64,000 nucleotides of DNA from Nocardioides sp. (lineage in GTDB: Bacteria; Actinomycetota; Actinomycetes; Propionibacteriales; Nocardioidaceae). A program made the translations under genes and the position numbers. The DNA lies in NCBI RefSeq assembly GCF_035576065.1, contig NZ_DATLWX010000006.1, positions 73,042 to 137,041 of the forward strand. Reading direction: 5' to 3'. Below the pieces are notes generated by a model, which saw only the letters and a program-made list of their open reading frames with translations, ran no database searches and was not told where the DNA came from. Numbering within the stretch: position 1 is the first letter of the stretch; each line of letters begins with the position of its first letter. Below, piece by piece: positions 20,173 to 28,580 of the stretch.

Positions 20173-20370
20173 TCACTGCTCGCGCGGTCGCGGCAGGGGC
20201 GGCTCGTCGTCCGGGGTCGTGGGGGTGACACCGAGCAGTCGGTCGATCTCGTCCTGGTCGAGGTGCTCGTCAGACTCGCTCGCAGCGATGATCAGGGTGG
20301 TGGTGAGCTCCACCTCGCCGAGCAGGTCGTCATCCTCGAGGGTCACGTCGAACTGGTCGTGCATGGGCAC
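20173..20370 (-). CDS. Hypothetical small acidic protein
   Basis: 65-aa ORF (MPMHDQFDVTLEDDDLLGEVELTTTLIIAASESDEHLDQDEIDRLLG...). No motif was recognised. Confidence 0.4.
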   Translation of the reverse strand: MPMHDQFDVTLEDDDLLGEVELTTTLIIAASESDEHLDQDEIDRLLGVTPTTPDDEPPLPRPREQ

Positions 20371-20480
20371 ACCTCCAGTCCGGTTGACGTCAAGGACATA
20401 CCTTGCCCGTTTGTACGCCGTTGAAACACCTTTGGGCTCCCATTTTGCCCGAAGCGGTCAAAAGATGAGCCGAACGGCAA

Positions 20481-20510
20481 CGAGGCCCCACCCAGATGGG
20501 TGGGGCCTCG
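20481..20510 (-). terminator. Hairpin terminator downstream of cspA
   Basis: 13-bp perfect stem CGAGGCCCCACCC / GGGTGGGGCCTCG with loop agat, about 40 nt past the cspA stop. Confidence 0.65.
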
Positions 20511-20551
20511 GCCTTGAAGTCGAGACAGGTGCTGTCCGGCTTCGGGTGAAA

Positions 20552-20755
20552 TCAGATGGCGTGAACGTTCTCCGCCTGGGGACCCTTGGGACCCTGGGTG
20601 ACGTCGAACTCAACCTTCTGGTTCTCGTCCAGCGACTTGTAGCCGTTGGACTGGATGGCGCTGTAGTGCACGAACACGTCGTCGCCGCCGTCCTCCTGCG
20701 CAATGAAGCCGAAACCCTTCTCGGCGTTGAACCACTTCACGGTGCCTTGTGCCAT
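20552..20755 (-). CDS. cspA: Cold-shock protein (CspA family)
   Basis: 67 aa: [67 protein letters not shown], containing the RNP1 and RNP2 motifs. The track ORF 20552..21016 is over-extended. Confidence 0.95.
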   Translation of the reverse strand: MAQGTVKWFNAEKGFGFIAQEDGGDDVFVHYSAIQSNGYKSLDENQKVEFDVTQGPKGPQAENVHAI

Positions 20756-21012
20756 TGCTGTGTTACTCCTGTTATCGGGCGAAAGATCATCACTTCGACG
20801 ATCCCGCATCAAGTGCGGTGACACGTCGCTCCGACTCACGGACTGGCAGGCCCGAAGAAGAAACGCCGTTGGATCACAAACTCCGCTGGCGTACCTGCTG
20901 GAACTTGCACCTGTTGCACGACACACACTAGCAACTACTCGACCGATCGAGGTCTTCTTGGGCCACCCAATTGGGTGAGACGGCCGAAACAGCGCTCCTG
21001 CGGGCTCACAAG
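20756..21012 (-). promoter_or_regulatory. cspA promoter and long leader
   Basis: About 250 nt of non-coding, visibly lower-GC sequence lie between the cspA start and the upstream gene. Long structured leaders are typical of cold-shock genes. The promoter is not mapped. Confidence 0.4.
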
Positions 21013-22449
21013 TCACCGGTAGAGCGACAACGTCGAACCGTCGATGAGGAGGAACGACTCATCGCTCGGCACCACGTACGTCGGCCCCTCTTCGGGCTCG
21101 ACGTCGATGACCCAGAGCGGGTCGTCAGCGCCGTACGGGACGTAGCCCAGGGTGTCGCCCGTCATGTCATAGACGCCGGACAGCGTCGCGGAGGTGTTGC
21201 CGATGGGGACGGTCCCCACCTCCTCGAAGGCTTCGTCGTAGATCTGCCCCGAGCCCAACGCCACGAAGTGGGGTTCGCCGTCGAGCTCGATCGCAACAGG
21301 GCTGAAGAACGGGTCCTTGGTGAGCTCCAGCGTCGCCACTTCGCCGTCCCGGTCGTAGACGGTGGTCTCCTGGGGGCCGTCTGCGCCCTGCAACGAGGAC
21401 GGATAGGTGAACGCGAAACCCGGCTCGATGCTGCCCACGCCGTTGTTGTAGCCGGGGTCGTCACGCCACAGCTCGTCGCCGGTCACGGGGTCGATCGCCA
21501 CCACCTCGCCCTCGGGGCCGGTTGCTGCGATGAAGTCGTCCAGAGCTGCCACGGTGCCGGTCCCCAGCGAGGAGTCCGCCAGCTCCGCGTCCGAGACCCA
21601 TACCTCGTCGCCCTCGAGGTCCCAGGCATGGAGGTCTCCGTCCTTGAACCCGTACACCCCATCCTCCGAGAGGTCTCCGAACCCGTCGATGCTCACCGAC
21701 CAGATCTCCGAACCGTCCTCGGTGTCGATCCGGCGGAACTCCTCCTGACCGACCACGACAGTCGCATCTCCGAGCCTCGTCACCCACTCCCCCGGGACCG
21801 CCCACCGCTTCTGGCCGGTCTCAGCGTCCAGGGCGGTGATCGTCCGCTCCTCCGATGCCGAGCTCAGGACGTGGACGACGTTCGCCGGCTCGTCGTTCAC
21901 CGCATACCCCGCATCTGGGACGTCCCGGCGCCACCGTTCCCCACCGTCCTCGTCGAGCGCCACGATCACGCCGTCAGTGAGCACCACGAGTGCGCCCTGG
22001 TCCATCGCAGAGACCGTGTTGAACGGCTCGTCCGCATCCCAGGTCCACGCCAGGTCCGGCTCCTCGATGACGGCCGCCCGCAGCGCGAAGGGATCGTTGA
22101 CGGACTCGCCGTCGCGCGTCATCCACAGTCCGCCAGCGAGGGCGACGGCGCCTACCGCCGCGGCCGCGGCCGCGATGATCGCCGTACGCCGGCGCTTGCC
22201 GTCCCACCGACGGGGCTCCGCTTCCCGCTCTTCGGTTGCGGGGCCCCTCTCCATCCTCTCGGCCGCATCAGTGTCCGCCGAGGGCGCGGGGTGGGGCGAG
22301 AGGGCGGGGACCGGCCGCAGCACCGGCGGTGAGTCCGGGACCTCGACCTCCAGGCCCGTCAACGGTCTGGCGCAGATGAAGCACTGCTCCGACGTACGGC
22401 GGTTGCGTGACCCGCAATGCCCACACGCCACGAGCGGCTGGTCATCCAT
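21013..22449 (-). CDS. Membrane-anchored PQQ-like beta-propeller repeat protein with N-terminal zinc ribbon
   Basis: 478 aa. [21 protein letters not shown] (zinc ribbon), TM segment [19 protein letters not shown], and repeated ...AlD..tG...W motifs ([30 protein letters not shown]). Confidence 0.7.
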   Translation of the reverse strand: MDDQPLVACGHCGSRNRRTSEQCFICARPLTGLEVEVPDSPPVLRPVPALSPHPAPSADTDAAERMERGPATEEREAEPRRWDGKRRRTAIIAAAAAAVGAVALAGGLWMTRDGESVNDPFALRAAVIEEPDLAWTWDADEPFNTVSAMDQGALVVLTDGVIVALDEDGGERWRRDVPDAGYAVNDEPANVVHVLSSASEERTITALDAETGQKRWAVPGEWVTRLGDATVVVGQEEFRRIDTEDGSEIWSVSIDGFGDLSEDGVYGFKDGDLHAWDLEGDEVWVSDAELADSSLGTGTVAALDDFIAATGPEGEVVAIDPVTGDELWRDDPGYNNGVGSIEPGFAFTYPSSLQGADGPQETTVYDRDGEVATLELTKDPFFSPVAIELDGEPHFVALGSGQIYDEAFEEVGTVPIGNTSATLSGVYDMTGDTLGYVPYGADDPLWVIDVEPEEGPTYVVPSDESFLLIDGSTLSLYR

Positions 22450-22533
22450 GCGGGCATTGTGCCCGGATGCCGCGCTCGTAGGAGCCGCGGGCGCTCGATC
22501 ACAGTGCGCTGCGTACGTGCAGGTGAAGGACGG

Positions 22534-22606
22534 TAGGCCCTGTCGGGCTCGAACCGACGACCAGCGGATTAAAAGTCCGACGCTCTACCAACTGAGCTAA
22601 GGGCCC
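22534..22606 (-). tRNA. tRNA-Lys (anticodon UUU)
   Basis: The reverse complement GGGCCCTTAGCTCAGTTGGTAGAGCGTCGGACTTTTAATCCGCTGGTCGTCGGTTCGAGCCCGACAGGGCCTA folds as a cloverleaf. It has a 7-bp acceptor stem, D arm GCTC/GAGC, anticodon loop CTTTTAA and T arm GTCGG-TTCGAGC-CCGAC. No CCA is encoded. Confidence 0.9.
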
Positions 22607-22613
22607 TTCAGGC

Positions 22614-23744
22614 TCAAAGTGACGACTCCGACCCACCTTCGTGGGGCAAACGTGGGGCAGCCAGCGCGAGCCGGACCGCTTCACTAGGCGAATCCGCAAG
22701 GTGCGCGTACTTCGCCGTCGTCACTGTTGAGATGTGCCCGAGCAGCCTACCGACCTCCGCGATCGGGATCCCACGCTGGAGTAGCCAAGAGGCATAGGTG
22801 TGCCGCAGGTCATGGATCCGGACGTGCCCCACATCCGCGTCCAGGACGGCTCGGCGCCACCCAGGCGCCCAGTTCGAGTTCCTCAGCGGCCGGCCGCTCG
22901 GCGTCGTGAAGACCAGGCCGGAGCGACAGATCCCGGTCGTGTGGTCGACGCCGCAGCTCTGCCCCTTGCCTGCCCCACGCTGGTGCTCGACGAGCGCCAC
23001 CACCAGGTCATCGGTCAACGGCACCGTCCGGGCACGCTTGCCCTTCGGGTACGGCTTGACCGTCCCCGTCGTCTGGTCGTACACCTCGACGACCGACAGC
23101 GAGCCGCGGCCGAGATCCACTCGCGACCAGTGCAGGCCGGCCATCTCGCTCCATCGCAGCCCGGTGCTCACCAGGAGATCGGCCACCAGCTGGTCGGCCG
23201 TGGTCGATAGCTCGGCGCGGATGGCGAAGTACTCCTCGTGCGTGAGGAACCGCTCCTGCTCCTGCGCACCCTTCGGCAGCCGGATCCGCGAGGCGGGGTT
23301 CGACTCGAGCACCTCCGCGTCGATCGCAGCGTTCAGCGACGCCGAGAACAGGTGCACGATCCGCTGCACCGTGCTCGGGCTGATCCCGGTCGCTCGAAGC
23401 TGGACCGCCCAGGCCTTCACGTCGTGACGGGTGATCGACCCGATCGGCACGTCCGCCCAGCGAGGGTCGAGATACGTGCGCCGGCGCTGCTTGTCCGTGC
23501 GGCCGGTGCTCGACTCGACCTGGCGGGCGGTCTCCCACTCGTCGGCCCACTCCCCCCACGGCCGCTTGAAGGCCTCCGGGTCACGCCACAGCAGCGAGCG
23601 GGCGTCGACCTCCTTCGCGCCAGCCTCACGCTCGGCCTTGGCCTTGTGCGTGAACACCCCTGCGCTCCGCCGCTTGCCCGCACCGTCACGGTAGACACCC
23701 CGGTACCGACCTGAGGGCAACCGCTCAGACCACGCCATGGCCAT
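22614..23744 (-). CDS. int: Tyrosine integrase
   Basis: Track ORF 22614..23825 trimmed to the ATG at 23744 (MAMAWSERLPSGRYRGVYRDGAGKRRSAGVF..., an Arm-type N-terminus). Catalytic motifs: ...GLRWSEMAGL..., HDLRHTYASWLL, LGHISTVTTAKYAHL. The stop is 7 nt from the 5' end of the tRNA. Confidence 0.9.
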   Translation of the reverse strand: MAMAWSERLPSGRYRGVYRDGAGKRRSAGVFTHKAKAEREAGAKEVDARSLLWRDPEAFKRPWGEWADEWETARQVESSTGRTDKQRRRTYLDPRWADVPIGSITRHDVKAWAVQLRATGISPSTVQRIVHLFSASLNAAIDAEVLESNPASRIRLPKGAQEQERFLTHEEYFAIRAELSTTADQLVADLLVSTGLRWSEMAGLHWSRVDLGRGSLSVVEVYDQTTGTVKPYPKGKRARTVPLTDDLVVALVEHQRGAGKGQSCGVDHTTGICRSGLVFTTPSGRPLRNSNWAPGWRRAVLDADVGHVRIHDLRHTYASWLLQRGIPIAEVGRLLGHISTVTTAKYAHLADSPSEAVRLALAAPRLPHEGGSESSL

Positions 23745-24162
23745 CCTCGAGGCGCCCGCGCAGGTAGCCCCGCTCACTCGGGTGCAGGTCGTCGAGGCGA
23801 ACGGCGAGGAGCCGATCCGAGACACGCAGCTCGACAGCCGTCGCGGAATGGTGGCGAGCGTGCAGCATCATCGCGTCACCAAGGTCGCGCACGTCGATCA
23901 GCAGTCGGGCTGCCAGCCGGTCAGCGCGCTGCTCCTGACGGAGGTTTGTCCGATCGCAGTGGGTCACCTCGTCGCCCGCCGCGGCGTGCTGCAGCTCGTG
24001 GGCCAGGACGGCACGAGCCTGCCGTCGAGGCATTCGAGCGTCCAGCCGAATCGTGCGCTCGTGGTGGAGGTACTCCCCCATGCGGCCGACCAAGTGACCC
24101 CATTCCAGCGACAGGTCCGCGCGCAGCGCGAGTTCGCCCCACGGGCTATAGGTGTTGTGCAT
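23725..24162 (-). CDS. ImmA/IrrE-family zinc metallopeptidase
   Basis: 145 aa with HELQHAAAGD (HExxH). Its ATG overlaps the stop of the upstream XRE repressor gene as ATGA. Confidence 0.75.
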   Translation of the reverse strand: MHNTYSPWGELALRADLSLEWGHLVGRMGEYLHHERTIRLDARMPRRQARAVLAHELQHAAAGDEVTHCDRTNLRQEQRADRLAARLLIDVRDLGDAMMLHARHHSATAVELRVSDRLLAVRLDDLHPSERGYLRGRLEDGHGVV

Positions 24163-24488
24163 CAGATGCTGTTCTCCCCCGCGCCTTCGATCTCTGTCTC
24201 CGTGCTGGCGACTGCGCCGAGACTAGGTGCGTCCTCCGACACCATGAGCTCGAAGGCACGGTCGAAGATGAAGTCAGGCCGCACGTCGAACGTGTTTGCG
24301 AGAGCAGCGATGTCAGCAACATTGAACGGGACCGAACCGCTCAACCGTGCATTCAGGTAGGTATGGGTCATCGATGCTGCGAGCGCTAGCTGTCGAGCGC
24401 TACGGAAGCGCTTCTCCCATCGCAGGTTCTCGACCGCTTCAGCGACTGCGGCCGAGAATCGCTCAGCGTCGAGGGGCGGGGTGTCCAT
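24162..24488 (-). CDS. XRE-family HTH repressor (prophage immunity repressor candidate)
   Basis: C-terminal part of track ORF 24162..24995, with ATG at 24488. It contains ...FRSARQLALAASMTHTYLNARLSGSVPFNVADIAALANTF (an HTH_3 pattern) and is divergent from the cro-like gene. Confidence 0.75.
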   Translation of the reverse strand: MDTPPLDAERFSAAVAEAVENLRWEKRFRSARQLALAASMTHTYLNARLSGSVPFNVADIAALANTFDVRPDFIFDRAFELMVSEDAPSLGAVASTETEIEGAGENSI

Positions 24489-24506
24489 GCCGTGCAGCCT
24501 CTCATG

Positions 24507-24520
24507 GTTCCAATTGGAAC
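24507..24520. promoter_or_regulatory. Operator-like palindrome GTTCCAATTGGAAC
   Basis: Perfect 14-bp palindrome in the 94-bp divergent region between the repressor and cro-like genes. Confidence 0.55.
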
Positions 24521-24552
24521 GTCTATAGGTGATTTGACCTATTTGCTTGACA

Positions 24553-24572
24553 CTGGAACGCAGGCGTTCCAG
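24553..24572. promoter_or_regulatory. Operator-like inverted repeat CTGGAACG-cagg-CGTTCCAG next to a TTGACA -35
   Basis: 8-bp arms share the GGAAC half-site with 24507..24520. TTGACA at 24547..24552 lies immediately upstream, and the ATG of the cro-like gene is at 24583. Confidence 0.5.
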
Positions 24573-24582
24573 ACTGCACGAC

Positions 24583-24816
24583 ATGACACCAACTGAGTAC
24601 GCCACGGCCATCGGATCTGAGGTCCGCGCCGAGCTCGCTCGCCAGCGCAAGACCCAAGCTGACCTGGCCGCGGCCCTCTCGTTGACGCCCGCAACCATCG
24701 GACGACGTCTCGACGGCACGTCCCCATTCAACGTGGTCGAGCTGGCGAAGACCGCGAACTGGCTCGGGGTTCCTGTCGCGAATCTGCGACCCGCTACCCC
24801 TGCGGTGTCGGCATGA
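24583..24816 (+). CDS. Cro/CI-type HTH protein (lytic-switch regulator candidate)
   Basis: Track ORF trimmed to the ATG at 24583. It contains ...RKTQADLAAALSLTPATIGRRLDGTSPFNVVELAKTANWLGV (an HTH_3 pattern). Confidence 0.7.
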   Translation: MTPTEYATAIGSEVRAELARQRKTQADLAAALSLTPATIGRRLDGTSPFNVVELAKTANWLGVPVANLRPATPAVSA

Positions 24817-25070
24817 GTCAACGCCTGCGGTTCAACACCGCTCAGGCCGCCGAGCACGCTATCTGCCACCCCCAGACGGTGCTCAAAGCCGCCGCTGCCG
24901 GCGTGCTCCACGGCAGCCAGAAGGTGGCCGGCGGTCGCTGGACCTTCCGCCTGGAGTGCATCGAGGCGTGGCTCGACGGTCAGACGTGCGAGCACTCGGC
25001 TGCTGCACCTGCACCCGCCGAGCCTGTGTCGCTGTCCGAGCGTCGTGCCCGGTCAGGGGCCTCGGCATGA
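24813..25070 (+). CDS. Excisionase-family/MerR-like HTH DNA-binding protein
   Basis: 85 aa. FNTAQAAEHAICHPQTVLKAAAAGVLHGSQKVAGGRWTFRLECIEAWL fits the excisionase-family HTH pattern. ATGA overlap with the upstream gene. Confidence 0.6.
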   Translation: MSQRLRFNTAQAAEHAICHPQTVLKAAAAGVLHGSQKVAGGRWTFRLECIEAWLDGQTCEHSAAAPAPAEPVSLSERRARSGASA

Positions 25071-25378
25071 CGACCGGGCGGCCGACCAGCGTCGAGGTCA
25101 CGTTCGATGCGTCGGGACTGTTCGGCACGGCTGACTTCTGGGGCGAGCGTCCCAAGGCTGTCAAGGTTCAATGGCGCGCTGGGGTCGTCGCGGACGGACA
25201 CCTCGCCGTTTCGGTCACGGCGTACACCAGCACCCATCGGAACCATTCCTGGTACGACCCACGCCACTTCGTGGCTGACGGGCTCGACCAGTCCCCACCG
25301 CCCGCCTGGGTGCCGGAGGCTCCGGAGTGGTTCTGGGCTGCGGCCGAGGGCATGGACCAGTCAGAGGCCTCGGCATGA
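25067..25378 (+). CDS. Hypothetical phage protein
   Basis: 103 aa, in the frame of track ORF 24956..25378. The ATG at 25067 makes an ATGA overlap. Confidence 0.55.
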   Translation: MTTGRPTSVEVTFDASGLFGTADFWGERPKAVKVQWRAGVVADGHLAVSVTAYTSTHRNHSWYDPRHFVADGLDQSPPPAWVPEAPEWFWAAAEGMDQSEASA

Positions 25379-25380
25379 GG

Positions 25381-25653
25381 TCACTGGCCGCGGGCCTTCT
25401 CAAGTTTCTCCGGGCGCTCAGCAAGCGGTTGGAGGGCAAGCCCGGTGAGGGCAGTGGCTTTGCCGACGGTAGCGATGGTTTGGCCGAGCTCTTCGAACTG
25501 CTTGATCAGGAGCTCCGCGAAGTCAAAGTAGCGGCCGGACAGCTCCTTCAGAGCGCCCATGCAACTGCTGCACGTGCAGGTGCTTTCGTCGAGCCGGTAC
25601 TCGAACGACCGGCGTGCTGCCGCGATCTCAGTGGCGATCTTCTCGGGGTCCAC
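25381..25653 (-). CDS. Hypothetical helical protein encoded antisense to the early operon
   Basis: On the minus strand a GGAGGAG RBS is followed after 5 nt by the GTG at 25653. The 90-aa product is VDPEKIATEIAAARRSFEYRLDESTCTCSSCMGALKELSGRYFDFAELLIKQFEELGQ... The competing + ORF 25327..25752 looks like a shadow. Confidence 0.55.
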   Translation of the reverse strand: MDPEKIATEIAAARRSFEYRLDESTCTCSSCMGALKELSGRYFDFAELLIKQFEELGQTIATVGKATALTGLALQPLAERPEKLEKARGQ

Positions 25654-25748
25654 AAGGACTCCTCCAGTTCTTCGGTGAGTGAGTACTCCGAAGGTACGGC
25701 GCGTCGGGAGTCCCCCACTCCCGGCGCGTCGGTCAGCGAGGCGCCCGC

Positions 25749-26033
25749 ATGAGCGCCACACAGTCCCCGGTGCGTGACCTCGACTCCCGCGCACCGGCCC
25801 GGAGGTCCCAGCACGCCGGTGGGGAAGCCGGCCCGTCCACCCGCGGACGTGTCACTGCTGGGACCTCCACCCCGACGCTGAACGACGGCTTCCCTTCCGT
25901 CGTCGTCCAGCCGACTCGTCCTCACGCCGCACACACCCCCATCGCGTGCCGAACATCGCGCGACACCCCGCGGCAGGGCGAGTCGAAGCCGGTGCGGCCG
26001 CGGTCCGGAACCCGCGGCCACACCGGCCCATAG
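25749..26033 (+). CDS. Possible small P/R/S/T-rich protein (weak call)
   Basis: 94-aa ORF with GAGG 7 nt upstream of the ATG and GC3 of roughly 80 percent by hand count. The sequence is low-complexity, so the region may instead be non-coding. Confidence 0.25.
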   Translation: MSATQSPVRDLDSRAPARRSQHAGGEAGPSTRGRVTAGTSTPTLNDGFPSVVVQPTRPHAAHTPIACRTSRDTPRQGESKPVRPRSGTRGHTGP

Positions 26034-26131
26034 CGCGCCGGCTGGGCATCCGGCCGGGTTCTCCCCCGTGCCCACACAACTGCCCACCCCCACCTCTTCC
26101 TGATTCGCCTCACCATTCCAAGGAGCCCCCC

Positions 26132-26611
26132 TTGAACCCCGAAACTCACCCCAACCTGACCGGCAACACGTACCGCATCGTCGAGTCACCGCCGCGTGCC
26201 AGCCACGCCGCCGTCGGCCAAGTCGCCAGCGTCGGACGAAGCCCCGCGAGCGTGCACGTGATCCTCACCGCCGACGCGGCCCGCGTGCTCGCCAAGGCAC
26301 TAGGACTCGCCGCGATCGCCGCGGAACGTCAGCCTCTCCGCGGGTTCGACCCGCAGCTCTGGTCCGGCATCGCACTCGACCTCGAGGCCTCCAGCGAGCT
26401 CGGCGACCTGGACGCATCGACCGGCCCTGACGACGTCGCCTTCGCGCCGCTCCTGAGGCTCCCGGACCGCGCCGACCACCCCCGCCCGGGCCGGCACCGC
26501 GGTGACGCACCCGACCCGGACGCCAACGGGTGGAGCCAGTCGTTCATGGAGTACCAGCCCACCCACAGCCACCCGTACAGCGAGGCCGCAGAGCTCGAGG
26601 GCGACCGATGA
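26132..26611 (+). CDS. Hypothetical phage early protein
   Basis: Frame of track ORF 25946..26611. AAGGAG lies 6 nt before the TTG at 26132. 159 aa. Confidence 0.55.
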   Translation: MNPETHPNLTGNTYRIVESPPRASHAAVGQVASVGRSPASVHVILTADAARVLAKALGLAAIAAERQPLRGFDPQLWSGIALDLEASSELGDLDASTGPDDVAFAPLLRLPDRADHPRPGRHRGDAPDPDANGWSQSFMEYQPTHSHPYSEAAELEGDR

Positions 26612-26991
26612 CGGGCGCCGGCGACCGTGCACCGGTGGAGGAACGGATCCGGGACGCCGCCGCCGCCCGTGACGAAGGCATCGCGCAGGTCGAGAACGGA
26701 TCCGACCCGCGGGTCATCCTCGCGATCGACGCCGCGATCCAGGCCGCGATCGAGTCCGGCCGCCGGTTCTCGGCGAACGACATCCGCGACCAGTTCCCCG
26801 TCTCGGACGAGCACCTGGTGGGAGCCCGGTTCCGCGCTCACGCGCAGAAGCGCGTCGACAGTCAGCCGCTGATGGTCTGCGTCGGACGCACCACCTCGAC
26901 GCTCAAGTCCACCCGCCACCACGAGATCAAGGTCTGGCTGGGCTGGGACGCCCACCGCGCCGTCAACCGTGTCGCGTCCGCGACCTCCTAG
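26608..26991 (+). CDS. Hypothetical phage early protein
   Basis: 127 aa, with an ATGA overlap at 26608. No motif could be named. Confidence 0.6.
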   Translation: MTGAGDRAPVEERIRDAAAARDEGIAQVENGSDPRVILAIDAAIQAAIESGRRFSANDIRDQFPVSDEHLVGARFRAHAQKRVDSQPLMVCVGRTTSTLKSTRHHEIKVWLGWDAHRAVNRVASATS

Positions 26992-27009
26992 CCCCAGGAG
27001 CACACAGTC

Positions 27010-28464
27010 ATGCCCACCCAGACGAAGACGCCGGCGGAGATCCCCGCCGAGAACGTCGCAGCACACCACACGGCCTACGAGCCCCTCCTCTCGCTCGACG
27101 CGATCCACCCGCACGCCAGGAACCCCCGACACAACGCTGTCGCGGACACCGAGCTCGTGGAGTCGATCCGGGACCAGGGCCTCATCCACGACCTCGTGGT
27201 CGCACCGCACCCCAGCAACGAGGGCGAGTACATCCTCATCGACGGGCACCGCCGCTACGACGCCCTGACCCGCAACGGCTACACCTATGCGCCGTCGAAG
27301 ATCCGCCTTGACCTCGTCGACGAGGGCGACCAGCTGGCGGCGATGCTGGCCACGATCCGTCGCGAGGACCTGTCGCCGGTCGAGGAGGCCGAGGGGTTCG
27401 AGGACCTCTTCACCGTCCACGGATGGTCCGTCGAACGGATCTCGGCCGCGACGGGCCGCTCGAAGACCCTCATCACCGAGCGGCGCAAGCTCACCCGCCT
27501 GCCCCAGGTCGCGAAGACCGCCGCGGACTCAGGCCAGATCACCATCGACGACGCGCTGCGCATCGCGAAGCTCCCGCCTGCAGAGCAGACCGCGCTGGAG
27601 AAGATGGTGAGCCGCGCCGACTTCAGGTACGAGATCCAGCGGGTCGAGGGCCGGGTCAAGGCCAGCAAGGATGCCGAAGCCGCAGCGAAGAAGCTGCGCG
27701 CCGCGGGAGTCCCCGAGGTGACCGTCCCCAAGAGCGTGACCACCGAGTGGAGTCTCAACCACGCCGACCACGGCGTCGTCCGCCTCCCACCGACCGGGTT
27801 CCCCAACGAGAGCGACCACGTCGGCTGCCTGGCGTTCATCATCGGCGGCACCAAGCAGTACCCCGCCCTATGGCTCGTCTGTAGCGACCCGGGCAAGCAC
27901 GACCAGCAGCTCAGCGAAGTCCAAAAGGAACGGAAGGCCGCCGAGGCAGCAGAAGAAGCCGAACGCGCGCAGCGTCGCGAGGCCCACGAAGAGGAGCGCC
28001 GCGCTGGTGCGATCGCCCGGCAGATGCGCTGCGACGCCCTCCTCGCCGCGCTCAAGCCCAAGACGCTCGACCCCACCTTGGACTTCCTGATCCGCTTCGG
28101 GCTGGCCGACCTGATCTCTGAAGCGCTCCCCGGCTACACCGACCTGTTCCACGACATGCTCGACACCCCGGCTGACCAGCGCTGGACCAGCGCCTGGAAT
28201 GAGGCCAGCTTCACGGACTGGTCGACCGACCTCCAGACCGCCACCGGGCCCGCACTCGCGAAGGTCCTCGCGGCGTACCTCGCCACGCGCATCGAGTCCC
28301 TCATCGACCGGCTCGCCCAAGGGGCAATCGACCCCGAGTCAGCCGACATCACCGCGGCGGCCGCCTACTTCGATGCCCTCGCTGCCGCCGGCCACGAGCT
28401 GAACACCGTCGACAAGGACCTTCGTGACCGCGCCCTCAACCACACCACGCAGGAGGACCAGTGA
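27010..28464 (+). CDS. ParB/Srx N-terminal domain protein (ParB-like nuclease/partition domain) with HTH
   Basis: 484 aa. [16 protein letters not shown]...[16 protein letters not shown]...[12 protein letters not shown] (ParB box with GHRR), then the [27 protein letters not shown]. The long C-terminal region is unknown. Confidence 0.8.
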   Translation: MPTQTKTPAEIPAENVAAHHTAYEPLLSLDAIHPHARNPRHNAVADTELVESIRDQGLIHDLVVAPHPSNEGEYILIDGHRRYDALTRNGYTYAPSKIRLDLVDEGDQLAAMLATIRREDLSPVEEAEGFEDLFTVHGWSVERISAATGRSKTLITERRKLTRLPQVAKTAADSGQITIDDALRIAKLPPAEQTALEKMVSRADFRYEIQRVEGRVKASKDAEAAAKKLRAAGVPEVTVPKSVTTEWSLNHADHGVVRLPPTGFPNESDHVGCLAFIIGGTKQYPALWLVCSDPGKHDQQLSEVQKERKAAEAAEEAERAQRREAHEEERRAGAIARQMRCDALLAALKPKTLDPTLDFLIRFGLADLISEALPGYTDLFHDMLDTPADQRWTSAWNEASFTDWSTDLQTATGPALAKVLAAYLATRIESLIDRLAQGAIDPESADITAAAAYFDALAAAGHELNTVDKDLRDRALNHTTQEDQ

Positions 28465-28580
28465 CCGAGCAGCTCGAGGCGCACGGCCTCTACGTCATGT
28501 TCATCGCCGGCGTACTCCTCCTGGTCGTCCTGATGACCTTCGAGGCAGTCGCCCAGACCCGACGAGGCCGACGCCCATGA
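28461..28580 (+). CDS. 39-aa single-TM peptide
   Basis: Not in the track because it is under 60 aa. The GTG at 28461 makes a GTGA overlap with the ParB stop, AGGAGGA lies upstream, and its stop overlaps the next ATG as ATGA. Product: [39 protein letters not shown]. Confidence 0.5.
   Translation: MTEQLEAHGLYVMFIAGVLLLVVLMTFEAVAQTRRGRRP

Noticed and set aside
22499-22699. 66-aa minus-strand ORF (…AQLVERRTFNPLVVGSSPTGP…)
   Set aside because: This is a read-through translation of the tRNA-Lys gene, a well-known artefact pattern.
25946-26131. N-terminal extension of track ORF 25946..26611
   Set aside because: It has no RBS, a Pro-rich low-complexity translation, and GC3 that decays toward 26131. 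An AAGGAG plus TTG at 26132 is a better start.
28424-28576. N-terminal extension of track ORF 28424..29788
   Set aside because: The translation is Arg/Pro-rich and overlaps the ParB end and the coupled 39-aa ORF. The ATG at 28577 with an ATGA overlap is preferred.
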